Shown here piece by piece: positions 49,301-62,800 of a stretch of 64,000 nucleotides of DNA. The DNA comes from Amphiscolops sp. MND2022 (Eukaryota). The stretch spans positions 70,186,001 through 70,250,000 of the forward strand of contig OZ076409.1 of assembly GCA_964187785.1 (NCBI GenBank), written 5' to 3'. Made by a program: the position numbers and the translations under genes. The notes below the pieces were generated by a model, which was not told the DNA's origin, ran no database searches, and saw only the letters and a program-made list of their open reading frames with translations. Every line of letters starts with the position of its first letter. Within the stretch, counting starts at the first letter, position 1.

Positions 49301-52300
49301 AACTTCATTAGAAGAAGCGTACGAACATGCAGCTAAAGTTGCAAATTACTGGCTGGACGTTCTTTTCAGTAGAGCCAGCAACATGCCGGATTCGGAGCTT
49401 TTTGATCTGATTGCTGAAAACAGATTCATGTCGAAATCCCTCTCAGAGTATGAGGGCCAAAAATCAACGTCGATCAGCACTGCCAAGCGGTTAGCGGAAT
49501 TCCTCGGTGACCAAATGGTAAAAGAAGCTGGGCTGGCTTGCAAGTTTGTAATATCGAGAAAACCAGAAAATGCTCCAGTAACAGAACGCGCAATTCCTCT
49601 AGCAATATTTCAGTCCGATCCAGCAGTGAGATCGTTCTATTTGAAGAAATGGTTGAAGTCTCCTGGTCTTAACGAATTTGACATTCGAGAGGTCTTGGAT
49701 TGGGAATATTATGTAGAAAGATTTTCAAGCTGCATTCAGAAAATCATAACTATTCCAGCGGCTCTACAAGGTCTTCATAATCCAGTCCCCAGAGTAGCTC
49801 ACCCTGATTGGCTCCAAAAGCGATTGCTTGAGAAGCATGATTTCAATAAACAGAAACGAATAAGTGAGATGTTCTTTCCGTCGGCTGACGCACCGTTGAA
49901 AGCCGTAACGGATATAGAAAACTTAGCAAACAAAGAAAATGCTGCTCCTGTTATTAGAGTCTCCAAAAAACGAAAATTAGAAATGGAAACTGCTGAAGCT
50001 CTGAGAAAACCATGGAGGGAAGTACTGGGGAACCCGCCGAAATTTGGCACCACTATGGAATCTGTGACGAAGTGGATCGAATTTCACAAAAAGAAATGGG
50101 CACATCAAATTCGGCAAAGAAAGAATAAAGATTTGATGGAAAAACTGGAGAAACGACATCGATCGGAGAAGACGGGCTCTGTGGAACAATCTCCTGGTGC
50201 CAAAAATAAATCTGGGTCTGTTTTAAGGGGGTCATTGGGTAACTTTGTTCGAAGAACCCAGAGCAATCTCATGAACACTCATTGGGAAATAATCCAGCTG
50301 AAGAAGACTGAAACACCTGGATTGTTCAAAGCATGGTTGCTTGTAGGTCAAGACTTGCATTGTTTGAAGATAACTGTACCTCGAATTTTCTACATAAACA
50401 TGAAGCAACCAAAAGAACAAGAACGTGGTCAGCTCTGGAAACGTACCCAAAAGCATTTGCCCAGAGCTCATCCGACATTTAATCTCTATCAATATTGTGT
50501 GCCCGAAGTCAGCTTTTTGCAACACTCTGCGGAACTCCAAGTGGACTTTTCTTCTCCCAACGTGGAAGGTGTGTACGAACTGTCAGTACCTTTGGAGTTC
50601 CGATTTTTAGTCAACATTGGCTGCGTTTGCACTATCAACAAACACGTTGTGAAAACGTTAATCGGAAGAGATACTGAGTATTTTGATTTGCAAGAATTGA
50701 CTGAAAAGACGTTAGCCGATGTGTCCTACTTGGAGGAACAAGATAATCAGGTTCTAAAGAAAATGTTTCTGTACCAGTTTTTAACATCCAACCGTGGAGT
50801 TACAGCCTTGTTCGGAACTAATGCCTCTAAAGCCCATCTGTTCATCATCGATCCATCTGGTACCAATTCAATACCGAATCTGAACACAATGTATTCAAAC
50901 GAATGGAATCTGAAGAGGAACAAGGAAAATATTTCCGAAGATGAGATTCCACCCGGTGGTGTTACATTCGATTCGACAGTTTGCAAAGACTATGAAGCTG
51001 TAAACAAAGCCTTGAATAAAATCTTACAGAACTACAAGAGCGAAAAACGCGGCCCAACTATGGTGTGTTACCAGGCCAACCACTTCAGGGCTTTTCAAAA
51101 ACTTTCCTCTTTGCATAATGATTACCCTACCGTTGATATCACTGTTGAAGATCCACCAAATCTTTTGAATGGACTCGAATGGCAAAAGACGGCTTGCAGA
51201 TGGGCCATCAAACATTACCTCAACTTCATACTGAGATACAATACTCTGTTAGATCACTGCAGATATTTGCATATCCCCATTGGTAACGTGCCAGCAGATG
51301 ACAATATTTTCAGTTTTGCTGCCGATTTGTTCTACGCACGTCAATTGAGAAAACACAACCATCTTATGTGGTTGTCCAAAACAGACAGACCCGATTTCGG
51401 AGGCAAAGAAGCTGACGATCACCGGCTGTCTACAAACTACTGTGATGCCCAGAAAAGTGTGGAAGTCTTAAGCCCTGGACTGTTCAAAGGAGTGTGCGTT
51501 GAGATTGACATCTGTAGTTTGCCTATTGCAACCATTGTCCAATCACAGCATGTGAATGACATGGAAGGAGGTGCAGCGGATTCCATCAGCTTTACAGTTC
51601 TGCCACAACAGAATATCGAAGAAATGATGACTTCCGGGAACTATTCGGCCAACAGCGTTGCGAGTTACGACAGCACTGCTTTGTGCACTTACGCTTTCCG
51701 AGTTCTCAAGAGTATGGTCCATAGTTGGTTAAAGGAAGTGTCTGTGTATAGGAATCCTTGGGCGGATCTTCAGTTGGTGCATCTGTACAGGTGGTTGACC
51801 AATCCAGCTTCTTACTTGTATGACCCAGCACTGACTAAAATCGTTGGTACTATGATGCAGAAAGTTTTGGTTCAACTTGTGGCTGAATTTAAAAGGTGAG
51901 ACCTTTTTCTTGATTTTGAATGGTTAACTTTTGCGAGAGAAACTTGATGCTAAGATTTTGCCGTAGTTTGAGTTTTTACATCGATAGTGTTTTTGATACG
52001 CCGTTTTCAATTTAAAGATCTCATGAGATTTTTATACAGGCTTGGAGCCGACATCGTGTATGCATCATTCAACAAACTTATCATTAACACCAACAAAGCC
52101 ACGGTCACAGACGCCCAATCTTACTTGAATTTCATCACAGACAATATCCGTGCTCGTGACTTATTCCACATTCTGGACTTCAAACCCACGAAGTTCTGGA
52201 GTATTCTGCTTTTCATGGATTCTTGCAACTTCGGAGGTATTTCAGCCCTTATTGACCGAGCATCCAACGAGAACGACAGGATCGGGGTTGCAAATAACGT

Positions 52301-53342
52301 AGCTGGTAGGACTTCTTTGGACGAGGGAAAACCAACTGAGAAAGATGCCGAAAGTTCTGTAGATAATAATGACACTGAAGCATTGAGCTCAGCTTTGGAT
52401 ACAACTGAAGGTGAAGACATTGAAATTGATGCTAATTGGAACATAATGTACTATCTGCCCTATTACGGTGATCTACAAGAACAGTTCACAGTAGTGATGG
52501 CGAACTATCTCATCTTAGTGTTGAAGAAAATCCAAGAGCTCAGGAGTGAATCAAGTCTTGCCACCGAGACTGTCATTGTCGAAAGCTCGGACGGCAAGGA
52601 AGTTATGTCCAACTTCGATTCTATTCTCCGCGATTACTGTCGTGCTCTGATATCTTCAGATATCACCCAGAAAATAGTCGGAGTTGTTCATACCTTGCAG
52701 ATGAAACGAAACAAGGTGGATTACAGGGAATCGCAAGCTGATGACTCTTTTCCTATATTACCAGGTTCATATTTGAAATTTAGCAACCCTGAATTGGAGT
52801 TTGTGAAATCTATTTGCCACATCCTCAGTTTAGACGAGTCAGTGATCAGCGAAGTAGAGCAAATGAAGAAAACTGTTCTCAGAATCATCAACATTGGTGA
52901 GTTTGCTGACTGTGCTGACTTTGAGAACCCTTCTTTGTCATTCATCCTCAGAGAGGTCATTTGCAAAGAATGCAATTACTGCCGAGATATTGACCTTTGT
53001 CGTGACCTAACCCTGGATTTCCAAGCTGAAACCTTGGGTCCCTGGAAATGCACCGAGTGCTCAACTGCGTATGATCTGGCTGAAATTGAGCTCACTTTGG
53101 TGGATGAACTTGAGAAAATGTGCTTGTCTTTTGTTCTACAAGATCTCACTTGTATCAAGTGTAAAAACGTGAAACAACTTAACATGAAACGAACGTGCGA
53201 GTGTTCTGGAACGTTCAAATACATGATGTCACGTGACAAATTCAGATTACAATTGTTGACGTTGCTGAATATTGCGAATTACTATAAAATGGACTATCTT
53301 AAAGAAATGGTTATTTGGAGAAGTGCTACGAAGCGGAGTTGA
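46302..53342 (+). CDS. POLE: DNA polymerase epsilon catalytic subunit; exons 46302-51895 and 52040-53342 (2298 aa)
   Basis: ExoI FDIETTKLPLKFPD, WVKRDSYLP, LDVGAMYPNIILTNRLQP, LNSFYGY, LELDTDGIW, C-terminal CysA/CysB zinc fingers; a 144-bp GT-AG intron joins the two ORFs in frame. Confidence 0.98.
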
Positions 53343-53599
53343 GTATCGAAGCTTCACGTCTTGATTCAGATTTGACTTTTTAACCAACTGCAGATTAAAT
53401 TTGTCTTTTCTGCGTTGTTGAAGTGCTATTTGTAATTGTTTATGGATGTTTTCCGTTTTGTGCTTTTTTTTGCAATGATGTGTTTGATTGATTGAATTTG
53501 GCATTAAGGAACAATGAAAGTTTTGATTTGAAATTATAATCAGACTTTGTTATCTAGACTCCTGAATTCGCACGTTTTACGAGTGCTGGCACAGTGTCT

Positions 53600-55660
53600 T
53601 TGTAATGTTTTCTGTTCGAGTAGGAAGGCATAGAGAACTCACAAAAGACTACAATTGTACATTGATCTAATGGGTTGCTACATCGAACCTGTTGCTCCAT
53701 TCATTGATTTATGTTGGAGGAATTTCGACCATTGTCCAGAAGAAAAGTTTCTCTTGATTGGAATTCTTGTAAAGTTTTTAATGTTTATGATTTAATACTT
53801 TGGCATGATTTAATAAACAACACACTTTCGGCGCATTGGAAAAATGATACACCTGCCCTATATCACGAAGCACTAGTGAAAATACTTGAACACAAAGATA
53901 GAATGAAAGCTATTGTCTACTGCCATCGATTCGGAACGGAAGACGTCTACAAAAAGTTGAAGGAAACTGAGATCCTGGTTATACGTGTCAGAAAGAACCT
54001 AATAACAAAACAAAGGCAGCGCGACGACAGATTGAATACTCTTTAATTGACCAAGAACATCATCTCGAGCTGAAATCTCTGAACATCATTCTGAATCACG
54101 CTGTTTACCTGAAAGCACTGACAAACACCCGTTCGAAGGAAACTCGACCCTCGCAGGGAAAGGACGAGCTATACGGTTAATTTTAGCTCGTCCAAATAGG
54201 TTAATTTTCTCGCAGCAACGCTCTTTCAGCTGACCTTCGGAGATTAAATTTCTTGCTGGCTTGCTCTTAGAGATGCATGTCGGACATGATGCTACGTTCA
54301 CAGAATAGTCAGAAAGCTGCCAGAAAGTCAACTAAAAGCTTTAGAATTCTATAGGTGTCGACATCGACTTCACCGCAACATGGTGGAAGCCTCAATGTAA
54401 ACAAGTTCGCAGAATCCTTGGTCCCTATCCTCAGTAAAAACAATATATGAAACCCTTACGACGAATGTGGATGAGGAAATCAAAAAAGTGAATGAGTGTA
54501 TCGCAGCGAACCTCTAAAGTCAATGATCAACTGACTCTGATTGGCAAAAGACATGAAAAGATTGAACTGAAACTAACGACGATTGCACAATCAGTTGCTA
54601 ATTTACAAGGAAACCAAGAAGCCTTGAAAACTGCTTCGAATCGCAATACATCAGATGTTGCTGATATGCAGAATATCAGAAACCTGACGGGAGCCAACCT
54701 GCTGCTGGACTAAGAAAAATCAATTCAGTTGAGGAGAACCTCGTTGAAGTAGTGAATGAAAAAGGACAGGATGTTTTACTGCAGCAAAGCAAATCAATTC
54801 CGGCTCCATCCGTGTAATTGGAAAACCAAATTAAGCCTGAGCTGAATGTTGTGACGACATGCATGCTGGAAGCAATCAAGCAATACAATAGGCGAGACTG
54901 CTTGTTAATCTTTGGGCTATACTTGACTGAAGATGAAAACACTACCGAGAAAATTGTTGATACTACTCTAGCAATGGGCGTCGATATACCGATATATCGA
55001 TTAGTCAACGGCTCCAAACAAGGAACAGGCGAGATAAACTCAAAGCAATCATTAAATTCATCAGGCGTACAGTAAAGATATCCTGAAATCCAAAAATCAT
55101 CTCAAAACTTGTTAACCACTATAATGTAAAGGTACAAGAGCAATTGACCCGAGAAAGATCTAGAGCGCTGTATCAACTGAAGAAAGGTTTTATTGTTTTT
55201 ACGAATGAATGGCGACTCAAATATTCAAAGGGAGAGATATACGGAACAGTAAACTCCCCAGACGAACCCCGATCAAAGCTTGGTTCGGAAATGAACTGAT
55301 GAAAGAAATTTCTTCCAATCAAACTATATAAATGAAGTGAAATTGAGATCAATTACCGTGAACCCTGAGAATAAAATCAAACTTCGTATTCTGAGCGTTC
55401 GTGGAAATGTAGTCAAAATAAATTTAAACCAAGTTCAAAAGTAGTCAACGAAGACGATGTTATTGCACTTTACGAAACTTTAATGCATTCGATGCTAATG
55501 AGTTCAAAGAACACGAAGTGTTTACAGGGAAGAAGAAATTGACTCCTAAAGGATATTCGGGTCTTGCACTCTTGGTTTAAAGAAAGCCCTTTGGATGTGT
55601 GGCTTTAAAATGAAAATATTATTTAAGTTTGTATTTTGTACGCCCTCGGGCAACAAATTA
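53600..55660 (+). mobile_element. Decayed 5' part of a LINE (extra upstream ORF, coiled-coil ORF1, start of APE)
   Basis: KQYNRRDCLLIFGL..EDENT...MGVDI (Transposase_22/ORF1-like), REQLT-like motif, EDDVIALYET (APE); upstream ORF LILWHDLINN..AIVYCHRFGT. Confidence 0.6.
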
Positions 55661-55681
55661 ATTCAATTCAATCAATGAATC

Positions 55682-56375
55682 AAAAGCCGGGACCGGCCCA
55701 AGTCGGCGCCATATCCAAGGCTCAAAAATAGCAAAAAACTTCCAAGTGCCAATTTGCAGTACTCGAAAATCGAAAAAGCAAAAAATGGACCGAGTGGCGC
55801 GCTGAAAGGGGGACACTTCCGAAATTGTCAACATTTTTGTCGCAGTTGAAGGGGGGACCCTTTGGAGAAAAAACACATTTTCGAAAAAAAGTCTCACAAT
55901 GCCGAAAAACTGAAAGGGGGACCCTTTGGGATTTTTAAACACCCAATCTGTTGTAAAATATCGAAGAAATTAAAGGGGGGACCCTTTGGAGAGAAAAAAA
56001 TCTAGAAAAAAAGTCTCACAATACCGAAAAACTGAAAGGGGGACCCTTTGGGGTTTTTCAACATCCATTTTGTCGCAAAACAGCAAAAAAAATTGAAGGG
56101 GACCCTTTGGGGAATTTTTTTTTCCTAAAAAAAGTCTCGCAGTGCCGAAAAAAATTGAAAGCGGGGACCCTTTGGTTTCGCCCGGTATGGTATGTTACGC
56201 GGGAAAACAGGAAAAATCATTTTTGGTTCAGTTTGCTAGACCAAATAGTGCAATTTGGTGCAATAATATATTGTAGAACTTTCAAGAACTTTTTTGTCAG
56301 TTCGTGTGGATTGGAAAAAAGAAAAAGAGTCTCTATAATAGTCGCGTTTCACTTCATGAAGCGTCGACTAAAAAT
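55682..56375 (+). mobile_element. Helentron/DINE-1-like repeat
   Basis: aagccgggaccggcccaagtcggcgccatatccaaggctc head; three ~120-bp internal units; tagtcgcg..gcgtcgactaaaaa hairpin tail. Confidence 0.7.
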
Positions 56376-56811
56376 AGGCTAAAAGTTCTGAAACTACAGT
56401 ATATATACGAATAGAAGTCTTCTTTGAGTGAAAGCATCCCCCAAATAGAAGCCACAGGTTGTAATTGAATCTAAGGCCTTTTGGAAACCGAAATTCTCTT
56501 CCGGTCTTTTTTTAACTAGTCTTTTTTTAACTAGAGACTGAAAGATGTCGTGTCATTAGTTTTGTTGTTGTGTTTTACGTCGGATTTCAGTGCACAACAC
56601 ATAGAAGCTAAAAGTTGGCTCCAAAATTATATTTTGAAATTAGCTCAATTCTAATTGTACAAACCCAATGTAGAAGCCGCCTGCAAGTATGAGCCAAAAA
56701 ATCAGTTGAAGCATAAACGTATAGCTGCGACTCTTATTCGAAGTAATACGGTACGTCTAAATGTTCTACATAGAATTTTTTATCCGAGAAAAAATGTGTC
56801 TTTCAGATAGA

Positions 56812-59800
56812 ATGGATCACATCCGAATATATGATCCAACAATCTATGCCGCCACAGGCGATCCTTCAGAACCGCCACCGGTTCCCCCCATTTCACATGC
56901 CCAACCGGAGCCAATCAGTGGCATGGGCAGTCATGGAATGGGGTCATCCATCTCCTACTCTCAGATCAGACCTCCTCCAGCTGCAGAGTCCCCAGCACTG
57001 CAACCTGATTCTATGTTGGTATTTCTTGAGTATGTTCTCGACTATAAAATAGGAATTTTGTTCAAGGTACACGCAAGGCTGGCATGTTAAATAACAGTGT
57101 TAATTAACAATACCTTATTTAACTGTTTTTAACACAAAGATTTTTAACAATGTGTTAATTATGTTAAATATTTCATTCAAATTGGGCATTTCAGATAGCC
57201 ATGGGACGTGTTAAAAGTGACATATGGATACATTTTACGGAAGTTAAAGTGGGAGATGTTGTAAGAGCTCGTTGTAAGGGTTGTGATCACGAAATGGTGA
57301 ACAACGCAGAGCGGATGAAAAGTCACTGGGCATCATGTTCCAAGAAAAATGATACAAGTGAAGGCCCTAGCGCCCCAAAACGGCCCCGTCTTACCCAGTC
57401 CACTTTAAGTATTCCAACAAATTCACACAAAAAGGAAGACGAAATTAACATGCTCATTGCCAAATTTATTATTGGAACCAACAGTCCATTTTTGCATGTC
57501 GAGAATAAAAACTTCTGTCGTCTTGTTGACGCCTTGCGCCCTGGAACAAAGATTCCAAATCGTCGAACACTTGCAGGTCCTCTTCTTGACAAGTTGTTTG
57601 AGCAAGAAAAGAATAAAATTGAACGACTTGTAAAAGGCCAAGTATGCACAATGATTGCACAATGAAGGGGCAACCTATGGAAAACTCAGAACATCGATGG
57701 GAGTTGAAAAAGCTGGCAAACTTGCATTTTTATACCGACAACTGAACCTCGACTGACTTATGTACTTAGTTAAATTCCTTAGGTAGACTTAGATATATCT
57801 TAGAATAGCTTAGATTTTATTTTTAACATTTTTAACAAATTTAACATGTTTTTTTCCATTTTAACTGTTTTTAACTGTTAAAAATATATTTAACTAACAT
57901 TTTACCAGCCCTGGGTACACGTTTCTCGAAACGTTCGCTAATTTTTTGCATGAGTTGAAATTTAAAGCGCTGCCGTTATTCTTTTTCTGACCAGATGTGA
58001 CAAACAAGGTTGGGAATGATTTAAAATTCAATTCAAAGCGAAAAATCATGATTTAAACGGCCAAAGTCGGCGCTATATCTAAGCCTCAAAAAGCGCAAAG
58101 TTTTTAAAATTGTAAAAGGCGGGACCCTTTGGGCTTTTGAATTTCCAGTTTGTTGCAAAGAATGAAAAAAATTGAAGGGGGGACTCTTTAAAGACATTTT
58201 AAAAATTTCGAAAAAAAACGAAAAATTGAAAATTGAACAGTGTCACAGCGCCGAAAAAGGGTGGACCCTCTTGGATTTTTTAACATCCATTCGGTTGCAA
58301 AATTTCATAGAAATTGAAGGGGGCCATGTGGTGTAATCAAAAATATTCGAAAGAAGTCTCATAGTGCCGAAAAAAATCGAAGTTAAAAACACCAAGATAG
58401 CCAAAGTTTGTTTCCTTAGTATATTTTCGGGCTTCTGGACGTCGATTTTGGACGAGGTTCTGACGTTTCGATATGGTTTAGAAAGTTGGACAAAAAAGTG
58501 GACCTTACGCGTATAAAACTACCGGCTGTAAGAGTCGGGCACTTTTCTTCAAAAGCGCCGACTAATAAAATCATTGATTTTATTTACTTATTCAAGCAAT
58601 GCATTACCTGTCACTCTTTTCGATACTATGGTCGAACTAAAGATGATATTTGGACAAAATATGATCTCCAACAAATTAGTTGACTTTGCTCTGTGCTTGG
58701 TTGAAGGTACACCGAATTCGGCTGGATTAGAACGTATCTTTTCTACTTCTGGACTTACTTACGGAAGTCTTCAATCTCGTATCGGTGTGGAAAAATGCGG
58801 AAAACTATCTTTTCTGTACCGAGAACTACACAAATCATATAAATCAATTAAATCGAGATTTTTTGAAAAATTCATTGATAAATTGATTTTTTGAATATTC
58901 TTTTTAATGTTTCGTCTCACTCAGAGGAGGGAATTCAATTCTTTTGTCTCGTTTTCTGTGTTTTTCTTATTGACAAGAAGCAATCGATTATTTACCTACG
59001 GTCGAAAAATAATAATAATAATTGATATTGTAATTCTTGTTACAGAGAGCATAAATTTACAATAATTTATGACCAGAAAAGATCTCCAAGGGCGCAAGCC
59101 CGCTTGAAGAAAGCCATTTTCTAGACAGCTTGTAAGTTCGAAGTTTTCACGAAAACTCATTTAAATGTTAGAAGAAAGGCAGACGAGAGATCTTCATGAA
59201 AGGAACATTGAAATTGTTTCATCAAGAACAAAGCTCCAGTTTCAACACTTCCAGGATAACTTGTACTATGTTCGATGCACATATTTTTTTCCAGAAAAGC
59301 GGTTGCCCATTGAAGCAATTGTTTTTAAAATATTGAATTTCAAAGTGGAATTCCGACACCTACTTTATTGAAAGGGTAATAATGATCAAAAAACTTACAA
59401 GTCATCTCATAGTATGAGAATTCATAATATTGAGCATTCACTATTGAAGCATTGTGATCATGGATGATGGAAAGGAAACAAAATGTTAGAAAACTCTGCA
59501 GAGGGTTTCGCTGAAGTCGCTTCTACGGAAGTCTAATGATGTACCGCCGAACTATTTAATGACCAGACTATTGGTTTGTCTGATTTCTTATTGAATCAAC
59601 CATCTCCTTTCTCTAATCATGATGTACTGTAGCTGTTTATGCAAATGTTTGTCCTTGAAAGCTATTTATTGGTTTGAGTATTGGAAATAGGACAAGCCTA
59701 AAAGATAGGCTTGTTTTAACATGATCAAGTGGAGGATAAAGAATATACATAAATTAGGCTGATCTCTTTACTCGGAGAAATAGTAACATTCCGAATGTTA

Positions 59801-62800
59801 GACAAAACACAAGAGACATGCTCGTAATTTTGGTCAAAATGTCTTTGCTGACGCTGCCTTGCAAGTATATCAGGAGCTTTCGAGAAATGAAACAACATTC
59901 AATGAATGTTAATGGACTGCTGGACAATTTCTGACTTTTAGTATTGCATGTTGCTTTTAGGCGATCATGGCAATCTCCAATTTTTATTGGAAGTTTATTC
60001 GTGTTTTTATCGATGGAGATTAAGTATTTTTATTTTCTGCTCATAATCCAGAAATCATTCTACAAAGCACCGGTTTTAGCATTTTGTTTCAGCGAACACT
60101 CCAAGTTAGCGTGCTCTTTGAATGTCGCGCTTTAAAAATGTCCTGTTTCGCGTAAAAGTCCTTTGTGTTCCAATTTTTGAAAGTTTAGTGGTGTTTTAAA
60201 GAGGTTTGAGATTTCTATTTCCGCCGTGTTGTGATTTCTTGAAAGGACTTCTAGTTTGACGATTGAATAAAATTTCAAAACCAAACGATTTCCACAATTC
60301 TCGACGGGGCAGAAAGTGAAACGGACGCCTTGCTGGGCATTCTGTTGATTGTAATCATTGTTTTGCAAACTAGCAGTCACTGGAAATGAAATATTGATTT
60401 GTTTTAATCCGTTTTCCCCTTTTCGTGGTTTTATTCTATTGTTTTCATTTCATACTACAGGCCGCCATTGGCGTCCCAGACGCCGTATGAGTTTGGCATG
60501 GAGCACAGCGTAAGCATGTCTTCATTGGGCGGTCCTCAAATGGTGTCCGGAGGCATGGACTACGATGACAGCACTCAGCAGTACTATGCAGCCATGGAGA
60601 GTGAAGCCAACTTCCAGTCAGTGTACATGGGAAACTCCATGACTGCCTCTACCATGGCAGCCGACGAGAGTGCTTCTCAGGCTGAGATATTCGAAAGAAT
60701 GCGAGAATCCAAGGTTTGTTTGATGCCAAATTGAAATTGAAGGATTCATGTGCACATGAATGCAATCCGTTTGAATTTTCGGTGTGGGACGATACATTCC
60801 ATTTTAAACGGGACAAAGTTGGTTTCAAACGACAAAAACAGCAACTTTTAGAATAAGCCAAAGAGCCGATTTCCAAACCAAAACAAAATAGCCTTTCGAT
60901 AGAAAGGCCGACTATAGTTTTGGCTTTTTTAAGACTAGCGAACTGGCACATTTCTATAAGTTGTAACTCAGTAACTTTTAACAGACTCCAGCCATTTGGC
61001 CTAGTGTTAACTGCGGGTGGGTCAGTAGCTGGAAATCAGTTTTCATGGGTTCGAACCCTGCGCTGGACTGAAATTTTTTAATGCTTGCATTGGGTTTTTT
61101 TACGGCACTGTGCGACATCGAAAAACTTTCCATTTGGTCAAAGGGTACCCCTTCACTTTCATAGATGTTTTCGGCTTGAAAAAGTTTTGCGAAGAATTCG
61201 TTTTCAAAAAATTGTTTTTTGATGTTCCAATTTGGGGAAAAGCGGTTTTCGAGTCTTATGGGTATGCCTTTGGGGTATTTCACGGCTCTGTATATTTGAT
61301 AGAAATTTTCACAATAGTGTTGGCCCGTTGCATATTTAACGCATATTTTGGTTAGGTAAACCCCTGTCGCCGCGCACCCCATACTTCGGAATTTTAGTTT
61401 CCTTTTCCGTCGTGGGCCTGCCGCGCAGTGGCTTGTTACAACAGCATATTTGGTTTTGTTGCACAAGGTCTTGTGGAAGGGTATGGGTTATGGGTCAACG
61501 ACTTCCAAGGAAACGGGATTTTGCCAAAATGGAATTTTGGAAATGTATAATCATTTTTTGCAAGAAATTCATTTTTCTCAGCTTTGGAGAAAAATTTACT
61601 CTTGCTAATGCTTGTGCCATTCAGACTAAACACCGTGTAACAAATTGTTGAATAAAAATTGTGCTGAAGAATATGGGCTACTGGCAAAACAGATCAGAAT
61701 TTAAAAAGGTAGGCTGCTTTAAAGTACCGCTAGGCTATTTAAGGTTAAGATACTTTACTCTGTTAGAACCTTGAGCGGGGAGCAGACTTTTGCCGTTCCT
61801 GTCTTGTTAAAATATACAAAACAGGTGAATTGAGGTTACAGAAAAGAAGATGAAAAAGATTCAAAGTAAACTCCCTTGTTTTCATCTTTTAAACTGCATT
61901 AGAAGAGACAAAGAGATCTCCGCTTTATATTTTTGGTGTTGTGCGACTTTTTGAGCCTTCAGAGTGGCGCCAACTTATGAGATGTTCATGTCTTGTTTAA
62001 TATAATAATTCAATTATACCTGAGACGAAAAAAAGCAATCACATGGAATCGGACGTTGAAATATCCAATACAATGAAATTATCAGTAATTGGTTATCACT
62101 TCTTCCAACTGGTCGTAATTAGTTTTGAATAATACTCATTTGATGCGACACGAAACGTTAGAAAATAGTCTGTTTTGTTTCATTTTGAAATTGGGCTGTT
62201 TGTCTCGTACCAGGTGAATAAAAAAAGTTTTAGTTCCATGCTACCAAAGGCTAATGCTAGATAGCAAAACATGCTTTTCTCTAAAGTTTGATAGTTTTGA
62301 TTGAAAGTATAGAAAGAAATCATGCTTTGACAAATGAATGTGTTTTTTAGCTTTTCGAAATGCCCCCTGAAGGCATCGAACAATCTTCAGTTTCTGCACA
62401 GAACGTTGCCCATCAATTCGGTCATTCGCCTCCCACAAACCAGCAGTACGCGACCGACAGTTACTTTCTGCAAGATGTCAAGGATCAGTCCCAGTCTATG
62501 CATCATTCCACTTTGAGTGGAAACTTCCATTCGAACATGGGTGCCTCTGAGATAGATTCAAAGGATTATTACCGCCATGTGGCACCTGTTGCACCATCGC
62601 AAGTAGAATTATCACAAGCTGATCCTAGATACGCTGCTTTGCATGGTACTGGCGATACCTTCACAGCCAGCAACGACAACCAATACTTTCTTTCACATGT
62701 GAGTCTGACATTTTTCGTTGTCATTGATGAAATCATCGCAATTTTCAAGTTGAGTTTTTAAGAGCTGATCGCGCTGTTTGGAACTAGCTTTTTAAAATAT

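Noticed and set aside
46106..53239. Numerous antisense and alternative-frame ORFs over POLE (likewise over LRR1)
   Set aside because: Shadows of a long coding strand; no independent motifs
55850..56180. CRISPR-like regularly spaced GGGGGACCCTTTGG repeats
   Set aside because: The intervening sequences are themselves repeated, there are no cas genes, and the context is eukaryotic; these are internal tandem units of a Helentron-like repeat
60987..61067. Functional tRNA gene
   Set aside because: The D and anticodon arms do not form a canonical cloverleaf and the module is embedded in repeat sequence
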